DNA from: an uncultured virus (IMG/VR IMGVR_UViG_3300037524_001600)
Taxonomy: Duplodnaviria; Heunggongvirae; Uroviricota; Caudoviricetes
Length of the DNA stretch: 20,000 nt
Reading direction: 5' to 3' (one strand)
Virus record (IMG/VR): IMGVR_UViG_3300037524_001600
This document shows positions 1-7,563 of the stretch, piece after piece. Each line of letters begins with the position of its first letter. The stretch's first letter is position 1. The notes below the pieces were generated by a model. The model did no database searches. It was not told the DNA's origin and saw only the letters and a list, made by a program, of their open reading frames with translations. Position numbers and translations under genes: made by a program.

Positions 1-367
1 GCTCCACGAAGTCCCGGGAGATCTTCGCCAGCCCGTCCTTCTGCGTCACCAGCTGCTGCAGATTGACCTTCGTGCCGCCATAGGTGCGGGCGGTCTTGAC
101 GTACGTCAGGTAGTCCGAGGCGTACGTTGAGGTCGTTCCCGCGGTGCTGTCCGTCAAGGACGCGACGTTGATCGTCGGGTTCATCGGCTTGAACCAGCGG
201 AGCTGACCGACGTAGGTCTCGGTGTCGCGGTTCACGTTCGGGTTGTCGCTGACGATGCCTGTGCCCGAGAGCTTCTTGGCATTCGTGTATGCTTCATCGG
301 TGTAAGCGCCGATCGCCTCCTGGAGGACGAAATTCGTGGCGCCGCCGACGTCGGTGCGAGCGGTCAT
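1..367 (-). CDS. Major capsid protein, N-terminal part (runs off the window edge)
   Basis: Not in the ORF track; translated by hand from ATG at 367: MTARTDVGGATNFVLQEAIGAYTDEAYTNAKKLSGTGIVSDNPNVNRDTETYVGQLRWFKPMNPTINVASLTDS..., open to the edge. SD-like AAAGGA just upstream. Directly follows the scaffold gene, the canonical MCP position. Confidence 0.8.
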   Translation of the reverse strand, partial: MTARTDVGGATNFVLQEAIGAYTDEAYTNAKKLSGTGIVSDNPNVNRDTETYVGQLRWFKPMNPTINVASLTDSTAGTTSTYASDYLTYVKTARTYGGTKVNLQQLVTQKDGLAKISRDFVE

Positions 368-390
368 TCTGGTGTTTCCTTTAGGTTAGG

Positions 391-1056
391 TCATGTGGGC
401 GCACGCCTTAGCTGCCCGGCGGCGGCGCGTCGTAGTACTTCGTCCTGCGGTAGAGCGAATAGCGAAGAGCTGGATCCGGACGTATCGGGCGGCAAAGAGT
501 CCCCGGCCGAGCCCGTTCCGGTAGATGTTTTGGATTTGAACAGAAAGGAGTTGTTCTCGTCCTCGGCGAAAGTCTTGATGAAGTCAGGCACGCTGACGCC
601 GGATTTGTGCACCCACTCGCCCTGCTCGTTCTTGACGAGTAATGCCGTTATCTCCTTGAAGGCCATGTCGAACGACCTCGCGTTTCTGAAGGGCAGAGCC
701 TGCATCGCGCCCTTCACGGTGATGTCCCGCGTAAGCTCGATGTTCCTCTGCTCCAGCTCCTGCCTTGCCGCGCGCTCGGCCGCCAGCTCCTGCTCGAAGG
801 CCTCGCGATGCTTCCCCTCATCTTTCAGCCGCTGGACCTCGGCCGCGCGCAGATCCGCCTCGTACTTGGCCAGCTTCTTGATGGCCTCGTCCCGGGCTGC
901 GTACGCCTTGTCCAGATTCGCCTTTATCGGCGCCAGCTGCGCTTCCACGAGTTTCTGGAGGCGATCCTGCGAAGGGTCGCCTCCGGTATTCTCGCTCGAG
1001 CTCTCAGCGGACGATTCCGCCGCCGATTCTTCCGGTTTGCTCTCTGTATCGCTCAT
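391..1056 (-). CDS. Head scaffolding protein (221 aa)
   Basis: Start moved from 1119 to ATG 1056 (MSDTESKPEE), which follows GAGGAA. Acidic low-complexity N-terminus, long coiled coil and G/S-rich C-terminal linker (FLFKSKTSTGTGSAG); lies between the MuF gene and the capsid gene. Confidence 0.8.
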   Translation of the reverse strand: MSDTESKPEESAAESSAESSSENTGGDPSQDRLQKLVEAQLAPIKANLDKAYAARDEAIKKLAKYEADLRAAEVQRLKDEGKHREAFEQELAAERAARQELEQRNIELTRDITVKGAMQALPFRNARSFDMAFKEITALLVKNEQGEWVHKSGVSVPDFIKTFAEDENNSFLFKSKTSTGTGSAGDSLPPDTSGSSSSLFALPQDEVLRRAAAGQLRRAPT

Positions 1057-1068
1057 CTGTATTCCTCT

Positions 1069-1129
1069 GAGTACAACTCGATGTGACCGACGGCACAGCC
1101 GCGGCCGGCTTGTTTCCAAGGCACAGTCT
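1069..1129. repeat. Three mini-hairpins sharing an ACA/TGT triloop in the scaffold leader
   Basis: GAGT-ACA-ACTC (1069-1079), CGGC-ACA-GCCG (1091-1101), AGGC-ACA-GTCT (1119-1129, one imperfect pair). Confidence 0.45.
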
Positions 1130-1151
1130 GTTTTTGTGCAGACTCTCGCCT

Positions 1152-1167
1152 GGGTTAATTCAACGGG
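1152..1167 (-). promoter_or_regulatory. Candidate phage-specific promoter, copy upstream of scaffold/capsid
   Basis: Minus strand CCCGTTGAATTAACCC; 14/16 identical to 19605-19620; intergenic, about 95 nt upstream of the scaffold start. Confidence 0.55.
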
Positions 1168-1173
1168 GTGCGA

Positions 1174-4100
1174 TCAGTTGACTCCATACCACCCGAAATT
1201 CTCGAAGAAGTCGTCGGGAATTTCCCTGAGCACATCTTCCCTCGTCAAAATGTCCGAATCTTTCATCAGTTTCCCCCCGATTCTGGACTTGCCGGGGACC
1301 GGTATCAGGCCCAGTTCTATGGCCTCTTCCAGATACGCGTCGTATTTGGCCTTCGGCAGCCCCCTCGCCCTCATCTCGTCCAGAGTCAGCCTTATGACGT
1401 TTCTATCCATAGCCCTGGCATATATTTCCCGCAGGGCCGCCCGGGCCTTGATCATGTCGGCCGCGTTGGTGAAGAAAGCGTCGTGCACCGTGGACGTCTG
1501 CACGCCGCTGCCCCGGCCCCACAGATGGAACCGTTTGACCAGCACCGCGTCGTTGGAGTGATTGCCGTTCACCGCGAACGCCGTGCGGGCCTTGGTTGTG
1601 TCGGCGATGTCGTTGATCTTGCCCGACTTGTTGATGGCCTGCTCCCACCAAGTGGCCTCCGTCTTCTGCGGCACCTGTAGGATGTTCTTTATCCAGTTGC
1701 CGGCCTCGTCGCGGTAATTCAGCCGCTCCTCGAAGGACTGCGTGAAATGCTGCTCCAGCACTTTCCCGTCGAAATTGACCCAGGGCACGTTAGTCCAGCT
1801 CTTCGGGAGCTTGTTGGCATACAGGACCGGCACGCCGTCGAATCCGACCTCGCGGCCCAGCGCCCTCTTCTCGAAGTCGGGTATCGGTACGGGAAAGTCG
1901 AATTTGAGATAGGTGGCCCCGGTGCGCCTGGTCTCCGGAAGCTCCACGCCGTAAACTATGTCCCTCAGAGTGCCCTGCGGGTTCCAGAAGGCGAGCCGCT
2001 TGAGCAGCTTCTCGCTTACCGGCTCACCCGCCTTCAGGCCCAGCATCTCGCTGAGCCTGTCGGGCAGAACGTACCCCTTCTTCCTGGTGCCGAGCACGGC
2101 TATCTTTCCGATGGACTCCCAGTCGAATGCGGCCTGCGACGGCTTGGCCTCGTTCAGGAACTCCTCGGCCAGTCTTCCAAGGAACCGCGTGAAATTCTTC
2201 AGCACAGGGACCTGCTCCTGCAGGTGCTCGCTCATTATGGCCGCTATCTGCTTGAAGTCGTCCGGCGTCACGACGCGATCGTACGCGGAGGACATTTTGT
2301 CGACCAGGTCGCGCGTCTTGGAGTCCAGAAACCAGAGCTCCTCCATGATGTCCTCGCCGGGGCTCACGCCCCTGTCGAAGATGTCCTTGACATTCTTACG
2401 CAGCTGGGAGAGCTCCTCGTACAGCTCTGGGTCCAGCTTCTCGTACCTGGCCATCCTGGCCGATATCTCCGCCAGCACCGTGTCCCTGTCCGACGTCTTC
2501 ACGACGAGAGTTCCCGTGTCCTTCTCCAGGACCTTCGACAGCTTCCCCTCGACGTTCAGGGTGCCGGTGCGCTCCCCTGCGCCGTACAGAGTGACCATGT
2601 TCTGCGCCTTGGCGGCCTTCCGCAGGTCTTTCTCCGTCAGGCCCAGCCGCTCGTTCATGCGTCTGAACCTCGGATCGTTGTACGTGGCCGCCGCGATCTC
2701 GTCGTACAGGCGCTTCTTATAGGACGTGGGCACCACGTTGCTCAGCTCCGCCAGCTGCTTGTTCCGCGTGGTGAGGGCTATTATCTGCGCGCCGGAGGAC
2801 GAGGCATCCTGCTCCAGGGCCAGCGCGGTCCTATAGCCGGACAGCGTCTCAAGGGCGCCCTTGGTGTAGTCCCCCCTGAGAAAGTTGTCCAGTTTGGCCG
2901 TCTCCATGGCCAGACGGAAGAACTTACCCAGCTCCTCCCCATCCACTCGGGCCACCAGATCGGAGTCCAGCACGGCGCGTATGTCGTTGGGCTTTCCCCT
3001 GAGCATGTGATTTCCCAGGCGGACCAGCTCCGGCCTCCATCTCTCGGCGATCTTCTGCCTCCCCGTGAAGGTCAGCGAGTCGTGCCTCCCCTCGAAGTAA
3101 TCGCTCAGCCCGCCGAGAAAAGAGCCCACCTGGTCCTGGAAGTTTCGGAAGTCCCTCGGGCTGAACGCCTTCGCCTCCGCCGTGTTCAGGAACGGTCTGA
3201 ACGTCTCGCCCGCCTGCGGGCCGACCAGCCCGCGCTCGTAGATGCGCGCCCTGTGGTCCAGGAACGGCATGCTGGAGAACTTCTTGTCGCCGTCCACGAG
3301 CCATTCCATCGCCTTGAAGCGCTCGTAAGAGTCCCCGCGGGAGGCGATGTACTTCCGGTACGTGTTCAGGTCCTCGTACCTCTGCGCCGCGCCCCTGTCG
3401 TCCCGGAAGTATAGGAGCTTTCTCACGAAATCGTAGTAATCGCGGTCCACGCGGAACTCCGCCCTCGCGGCCCAGTTCAGGGCGTCCGCCATCTCCCGGT
3501 CGACGGCGGACTCGGGAAACTCCGAGAAGCTGGAGGAGGACACGATCGGGATACGGGTGTCCTCCAGGCCCAGAACACCTCTGTCCATGAAGTATGTCTT
3601 GTATCCGGGGCGCACTATGAGCCTGTTCTTCGGGTCCACGATGTTCACGCGCAGGCCCAGCTCCACCCGCCTGGACAGCGCCGCGTATTCCAGCAGCCGC
3701 TTGTCCCTGAGCTCCACGTAGTACGACAGCGTGTCGTAGTACGGACCGAAGTACTTGCCGCTCATTCTGCTCTTCATCCTGCGCTTCTGCACGCCGAAGG
3801 TCCCGAGCGAGAACAGCTTGTCCATCTTCTTGGCCTCCATCAGACGGAGACCCAGATTGAACCACTGATTCCTTGACCCGTTCAGATTGGCCATGTTGTA
3901 CAGGTCCCGGCCCAGTGAGACGGCCAGCGAGTCCCTGTCGGGCGAATCCGCCAGGCTGAGACGATGGGCGAACCGCAGGTAGAACTGCTGCAGGTCCCTC
4001 TCGGACAGTCTCGCCCTTATCTTCAGGGGAATCTTGTAGTCGAAGATGTCGCGCATCTCGCGGGCGATCTTCGGGGCCGTGCTGTCCTCCCAGAGATTCT

Positions 4101-5835
4101 TCGCCAGGATATTCCCGAGAAATCCGTCGTGCAGCTCCTGCAGGGAGGTCGCGCCGAGCACCGGATCTACGTACGCGTCCAGCTGCAGCTTGCGCAGCAC
4201 GTCCGAGTCCTTGCGTATCTGCGTCTCGATATAGTCCGACACGTTGGTCACGTCGAACTTCATCTGCGCGTTGGAGGCGGCCTTGAAGCTGACCCAGGGC
4301 TCCGGGTTCCGCCGGTACCTGGAGAACAGTATGCGCAGATTCTCCGCCACCACCGCTCTCTCGTTGACGCCCATGCGGTCCTCCAGGGCGGCCACGGTCT
4401 TCCCGATGAACTCCGCGTCCCGCGGGAGCAGGTCGGCGCTGTCCCCGACGCGCCTCATGGCGGACTCCAGAACCTCCGGTTTCGGCTGGTACACCCGCAC
4501 GTCGTCGTACCTGCGCGTGAACGGGTTGAACACCGTCTGATCCTCTCGCGGAGGCGACGCCAGCACCCGGTTCTTGGTGGCCCTCTTTACGTTGAGCAGC
4601 AGTCCCCTGTAGTTGGTCAGGGACAGATTACCGTCCAGGTCGCCTGACTGCAGCAGGTAGTAGTCCACGAGGGTGCGGGCCAGCCTGTCGTCCGAGATGA
4701 AGTCGTCCGGGGAGGAGGCGCCCAGCTGCATCGCGTCTAGACGCGCCTTGGCGGCGGCGAATCTGCGCGTGTCTCCGGGCACCAGGTATCCGGAGTCGGT
4801 CAACGCCCTGAGCTCCTTTATGCCCAGAGAGTTGCCCTCGTCATTGGTGAATTTGGACAGGTGCAGCTGCCCGCTCCTGAACAGGGATACCTTCTCGTAC
4901 TCCCCGAGGTGCCTCAGCTGAACCTCGCGCGTCTGTCTGGATAGCCAGTCGTGGTAGCTTTCCCGCATCGGTGTCTGGCCGTCGTAGTAGGCCATCTGCT
5001 GCCGCGTCAGGCCCCTAACGTTGTTCCGGCGCACCTGCGCCACGCCCTCCAGAGACGCTATGTCCGCCCAAGACTTGAACACCGGGACGGTGGTGGACCG
5101 GCAGTTGTAGTGAGCCGGCGGCAGGTGCTCCGTGTCCTCCGGGGGATACACGGTGCCGTCCCTGTGAGCGCACAGCGGGGTGGTCCTGGAGTCCAGTATG
5201 GCCACGTATTGCCACCCCCGTATGGCCCTGGCGTTGGCGGCGTACACGGCGTGATCCGCCTGGGCCCTGACGCTCGTGACGGCCGTGACCACCAGGGCCC
5301 TGGAATGCATGCGTGTTATCTTGTGCACGTTGCCGCGCCTGACCTCTCTGGCCATCTCCTCCATGCTCAGGCCCTCGGCCATCCCGCGGCGTATCAGCGC
5401 CTCTATCCTCTGACGCTCCGAGATGCTGACGCCCGCCCACCCGGCGGCCAGCGTCCTGTCCGAGTACAGCGGCCTCTGCAGGACTATCTCCTCGGACACG
5501 CGGCGCTCCGGGCGAGCCGTCCGCCAGATGCGGCCGACCGCGGCCTCCACGGTCTGGTACGCGTAGGAAAGCTGGTCGGAGGCCAGGTCCAGCAACGAGC
5601 GCCTGGTGACCGAGTACACCTCTCGGTACGTGCCCCTCAGCTCCCGGTCCACGGCCTCTCTGAGCCGCTCCAGCCCGCGCTGGGAGCGTTCCGCCTCCCG
5701 CACGAGGCGCTCCAGGCGCACAGCGTGGCCGTCCACAAGCAATTCCACCTTCCCGGCGACCCGCCTCTCGTACAGGCGGACCATCGCCGCGCGGTCCACG
5801 GCTCTGTCGAACACCGCCGTGTTGGCGTTGGTCAT
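1174..5835 (-). CDS. MuF/SPP1 gp7-like minor head protein fused to a T7-type single-subunit DNA-dependent RNA polymerase (1553 aa)
   Basis: N-terminal MuF signature WQYVAILDSRTTPLCAHRDG...PPAHYNCRST (aa ~205-248). C-terminal RNAP motifs in T7 order: DHRARIY (D860), motif A EQDASSSGAQ (D1010), motif B RKAAKAQNMVTLYG (R1072-x3-K1076-x7-Y1084-G), NGNHSNDA (H1426), motif C TVHDAF (D1452). One uninterrupted ORF with an ATGA overlap on the portal stop. Confidence 0.92.
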   Translation of the reverse strand: MTNANTAVFDRAVDRAAMVRLYERRVAGKVELLVDGHAVRLERLVREAERSQRGLERLREAVDRELRGTYREVYSVTRRSLLDLASDQLSYAYQTVEAAVGRIWRTARPERRVSEEIVLQRPLYSDRTLAAGWAGVSISERQRIEALIRRGMAEGLSMEEMAREVRRGNVHKITRMHSRALVVTAVTSVRAQADHAVYAANARAIRGWQYVAILDSRTTPLCAHRDGTVYPPEDTEHLPPAHYNCRSTTVPVFKSWADIASLEGVAQVRRNNVRGLTRQQMAYYDGQTPMRESYHDWLSRQTREVQLRHLGEYEKVSLFRSGQLHLSKFTNDEGNSLGIKELRALTDSGYLVPGDTRRFAAAKARLDAMQLGASSPDDFISDDRLARTLVDYYLLQSGDLDGNLSLTNYRGLLLNVKRATKNRVLASPPREDQTVFNPFTRRYDDVRVYQPKPEVLESAMRRVGDSADLLPRDAEFIGKTVAALEDRMGVNERAVVAENLRILFSRYRRNPEPWVSFKAASNAQMKFDVTNVSDYIETQIRKDSDVLRKLQLDAYVDPVLGATSLQELHDGFLGNILAKNLWEDSTAPKIAREMRDIFDYKIPLKIRARLSERDLQQFYLRFAHRLSLADSPDRDSLAVSLGRDLYNMANLNGSRNQWFNLGLRLMEAKKMDKLFSLGTFGVQKRRMKSRMSGKYFGPYYDTLSYYVELRDKRLLEYAALSRRVELGLRVNIVDPKNRLIVRPGYKTYFMDRGVLGLEDTRIPIVSSSSFSEFPESAVDREMADALNWAARAEFRVDRDYYDFVRKLLYFRDDRGAAQRYEDLNTYRKYIASRGDSYERFKAMEWLVDGDKKFSSMPFLDHRARIYERGLVGPQAGETFRPFLNTAEAKAFSPRDFRNFQDQVGSFLGGLSDYFEGRHDSLTFTGRQKIAERWRPELVRLGNHMLRGKPNDIRAVLDSDLVARVDGEELGKFFRLAMETAKLDNFLRGDYTKGALETLSGYRTALALEQDASSSGAQIIALTTRNKQLAELSNVVPTSYKKRLYDEIAAATYNDPRFRRMNERLGLTEKDLRKAAKAQNMVTLYGAGERTGTLNVEGKLSKVLEKDTGTLVVKTSDRDTVLAEISARMARYEKLDPELYEELSQLRKNVKDIFDRGVSPGEDIMEELWFLDSKTRDLVDKMSSAYDRVVTPDDFKQIAAIMSEHLQEQVPVLKNFTRFLGRLAEEFLNEAKPSQAAFDWESIGKIAVLGTRKKGYVLPDRLSEMLGLKAGEPVSEKLLKRLAFWNPQGTLRDIVYGVELPETRRTGATYLKFDFPVPIPDFEKRALGREVGFDGVPVLYANKLPKSWTNVPWVNFDGKVLEQHFTQSFEERLNYRDEAGNWIKNILQVPQKTEATWWEQAINKSGKINDIADTTKARTAFAVNGNHSNDAVLVKRFHLWGRGSGVQTSTVHDAFFTNAADMIKARAALREIYARAMDRNVIRLTLDEMRARGLPKAKYDAYLEEAIELGLIPVPGKSRIGGKLMKDSDILTREDVLREIPDDFFENFGWYGVN

Positions 5836-7373
5836 CTAGCAGGCGGCTTCGTCTCGGCAGACAATTCTGCCGCGTAGTCCATCTCCCGCGCCCTCTTCTC
5901 CAGCAGAATGTCCATGTCCGCCTGGATCTCCTGCATGCCCTGCTTGTCGTCGTACTCCGAGGGCAGCATGTCGTTCTGCTTGAGCAGCTGCAGCCAGACA
6001 GAGCGCGGGATCTTGCCCGAGTCGTACCACTCGGTGGCCAGCCTCAGCCAGTCGGCGCCCAGTGGCGTCTGGTTGAAGTCCTCGGAGAGCGTGCATGACA
6101 CCTCGGCGGCCGGAAACTCGGTGCCGTACCGCCAGGTCAGCATGAGGGAGATTACCTGCGACATAACGGCGCCCACGCGCTCGTTCAGGGACCCCAGCTG
6201 GGCCGTCTGCGCCGCGTTGCGCAGGTGCAGGGCCACCCCGGACTGGTCCGTCTCCGGCGTGAGCATACGGACGCCCAGCTTCGCTATCTCCTCTATCGAG
6301 GATGCGATCGCCCTGTCCATGTCCTGCAGCGCGGCGGTGGGGGTCTCCAGCACGCTGGCCTTCCCGTCCGGCGGCAGCTTCAGCCACGTGCCCAGCCCGC
6401 TCTCCACTATCTCGTCGAATTTCTCGTCAGTGATGTCGGCGCAGATGACCGGGGTATAGGTGGCCGCCCCGTACAGCAGGTGATTCCTGCGGCTCATCTT
6501 GTTGTACAGGGCCACCTCCTTGTTGATAATCGGCATGAGGGCGGGCTCCCTGGTGGCGATGCTGCCGTTCAGCGGCCAGGCCGGGATGTACGGCAGCGGC
6601 GCGCCCTCCATCAGCGGGACAACCGTCTCCTGCAGCACGAAGCCGGATTCTCCGGAGGCATTCTCCTCGGCCTGCGACTCGGGCTTCCTGTAGACCCTGA
6701 CGCGGTACGCGCCCCCCGACACGTCGTGGACGCGGACGGTGTCCACGAACCGCGGGTGGAACTCGTCCGACGCTCGGTCCTCCACCAGCTCTCTCGTGAC
6801 CACCATCCCGAGAACCAGCCTGCCGGTCATGTCCTTGTTGATCCGCCAGTTTATCACTTTCTCGGCTTTCCACACCACCGGATACGGCCTGTACTGCCTG
6901 CGCTCGTCCCGCGACAGATCCTCGTCCTCCACCTGGGGATAATCCACGTAGACCCAGGCCCTACTGGTCTGGATTTCCTCCCAGAGGGCCTCGTCCATGA
7001 ACGCCGACAGGGTGCAGCCGTCCTGGCCGAATTCCTTGAGTATCCACTCGGAGGCGTCTTCCGGAACTGACTCCGGCAGCGCGACCACCGGCGGCTTCCT
7101 GAGCAGCCCGCCCACCACCATCTTGGCGAACTCCGCCGTTATGCCCGGCAGCTCCGCCTCCGACCTGTACCAGTTGTACTGCGACTGGCTCATGGTCGGG
7201 GAGAACGGGGTCAGCAGATTGCTGAACGTGAACGAATCCAGGATCGCGTCCAGGCTCTTCACCGTCTGCTCCCCGGCGCACAGCGCTCTGGACCTCTTCC
7301 ACAGCGGCACCCTGCGCTGGTACTCCACGCACGGCGTCGCGACGGTCTTCACAGCTCCGGGGGCGACCGTCAT
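5832..7373 (-). CDS. Portal protein (DUF4055/SPP1-like type, 513 aa)
   Basis: Size, position immediately before MuF-scaffold-MCP, and segments resembling this portal family (RAWVYVDYP, RPYPVVWKAEKVINWR, PLPYIPAWPLNG, QSGVALHLR). Confidence 0.85.
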   Translation of the reverse strand: MTVAPGAVKTVATPCVEYQRRVPLWKRSRALCAGEQTVKSLDAILDSFTFSNLLTPFSPTMSQSQYNWYRSEAELPGITAEFAKMVVGGLLRKPPVVALPESVPEDASEWILKEFGQDGCTLSAFMDEALWEEIQTSRAWVYVDYPQVEDEDLSRDERRQYRPYPVVWKAEKVINWRINKDMTGRLVLGMVVTRELVEDRASDEFHPRFVDTVRVHDVSGGAYRVRVYRKPESQAEENASGESGFVLQETVVPLMEGAPLPYIPAWPLNGSIATREPALMPIINKEVALYNKMSRRNHLLYGAATYTPVICADITDEKFDEIVESGLGTWLKLPPDGKASVLETPTAALQDMDRAIASSIEEIAKLGVRMLTPETDQSGVALHLRNAAQTAQLGSLNERVGAVMSQVISLMLTWRYGTEFPAAEVSCTLSEDFNQTPLGADWLRLATEWYDSGKIPRSVWLQLLKQNDMLPSEYDDKQGMQEIQADMDILLEKRAREMDYAAELSAETKPPAR

Positions 7374-7374
7374 C

Positions 7375-7551
7375 TCAGGCCTTCATCAGCTCGTTGAACT
7401 CGGCGATTGTTCCCGAGAACGTCTCCTGGCCGCACGAGGCCACGATGCGTCCCTCCCCGGCCGGACGGATGTCCCAGTCCGAGGGATTCCTGTTAGAGAA
7501 CCGCATCGGCGCCTGCTCCGGCTCCCTGTCTTTCCTCACGTCTATCTTCAT
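7375..7551 (-). CDS. Small hypothetical protein (58 aa) immediately upstream of the portal
   Basis: Not in the ORF track. SD AAGGAG then ATG 7551; MKIDVRKDREPEQAPMRFSNRNPSDWDIRPAGEGRIVASCGQETFSGTIAEFNELMKA*; fills the gap and stops 1 nt before the portal ATG. Confidence 0.75.
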   Translation of the reverse strand: MKIDVRKDREPEQAPMRFSNRNPSDWDIRPAGEGRIVASCGQETFSGTIAEFNELMKA

Positions 7552-7563
7552 CTCAGCTCCTTG

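Noticed and set aside
1174..3300. Reading the polymerase domain as a family A DNA polymerase
   Set aside because: Motif A is DASSSGAQ (RNAP-like DxSxSGxQ, not DYSQIELR), motif C is HDAF rather than HDE, DxRxRxY and NxxHSxD are present, and no 3'-5' exonuclease motifs are visible.
1174..5835. MuF polymorphic toxin with an immunity gene
   Set aside because: The C-terminal extension is an RNAP rather than a toxin domain, and no small immunity ORF follows; the next gene is the scaffold.
395..5877. Long plus-strand ORFs (395..1561, 1747..3414, 4951..5877 and others)
   Set aside because: Antisense to the motif-bearing MuF-RNAP and scaffold genes; expected in high-GC DNA with few stops.
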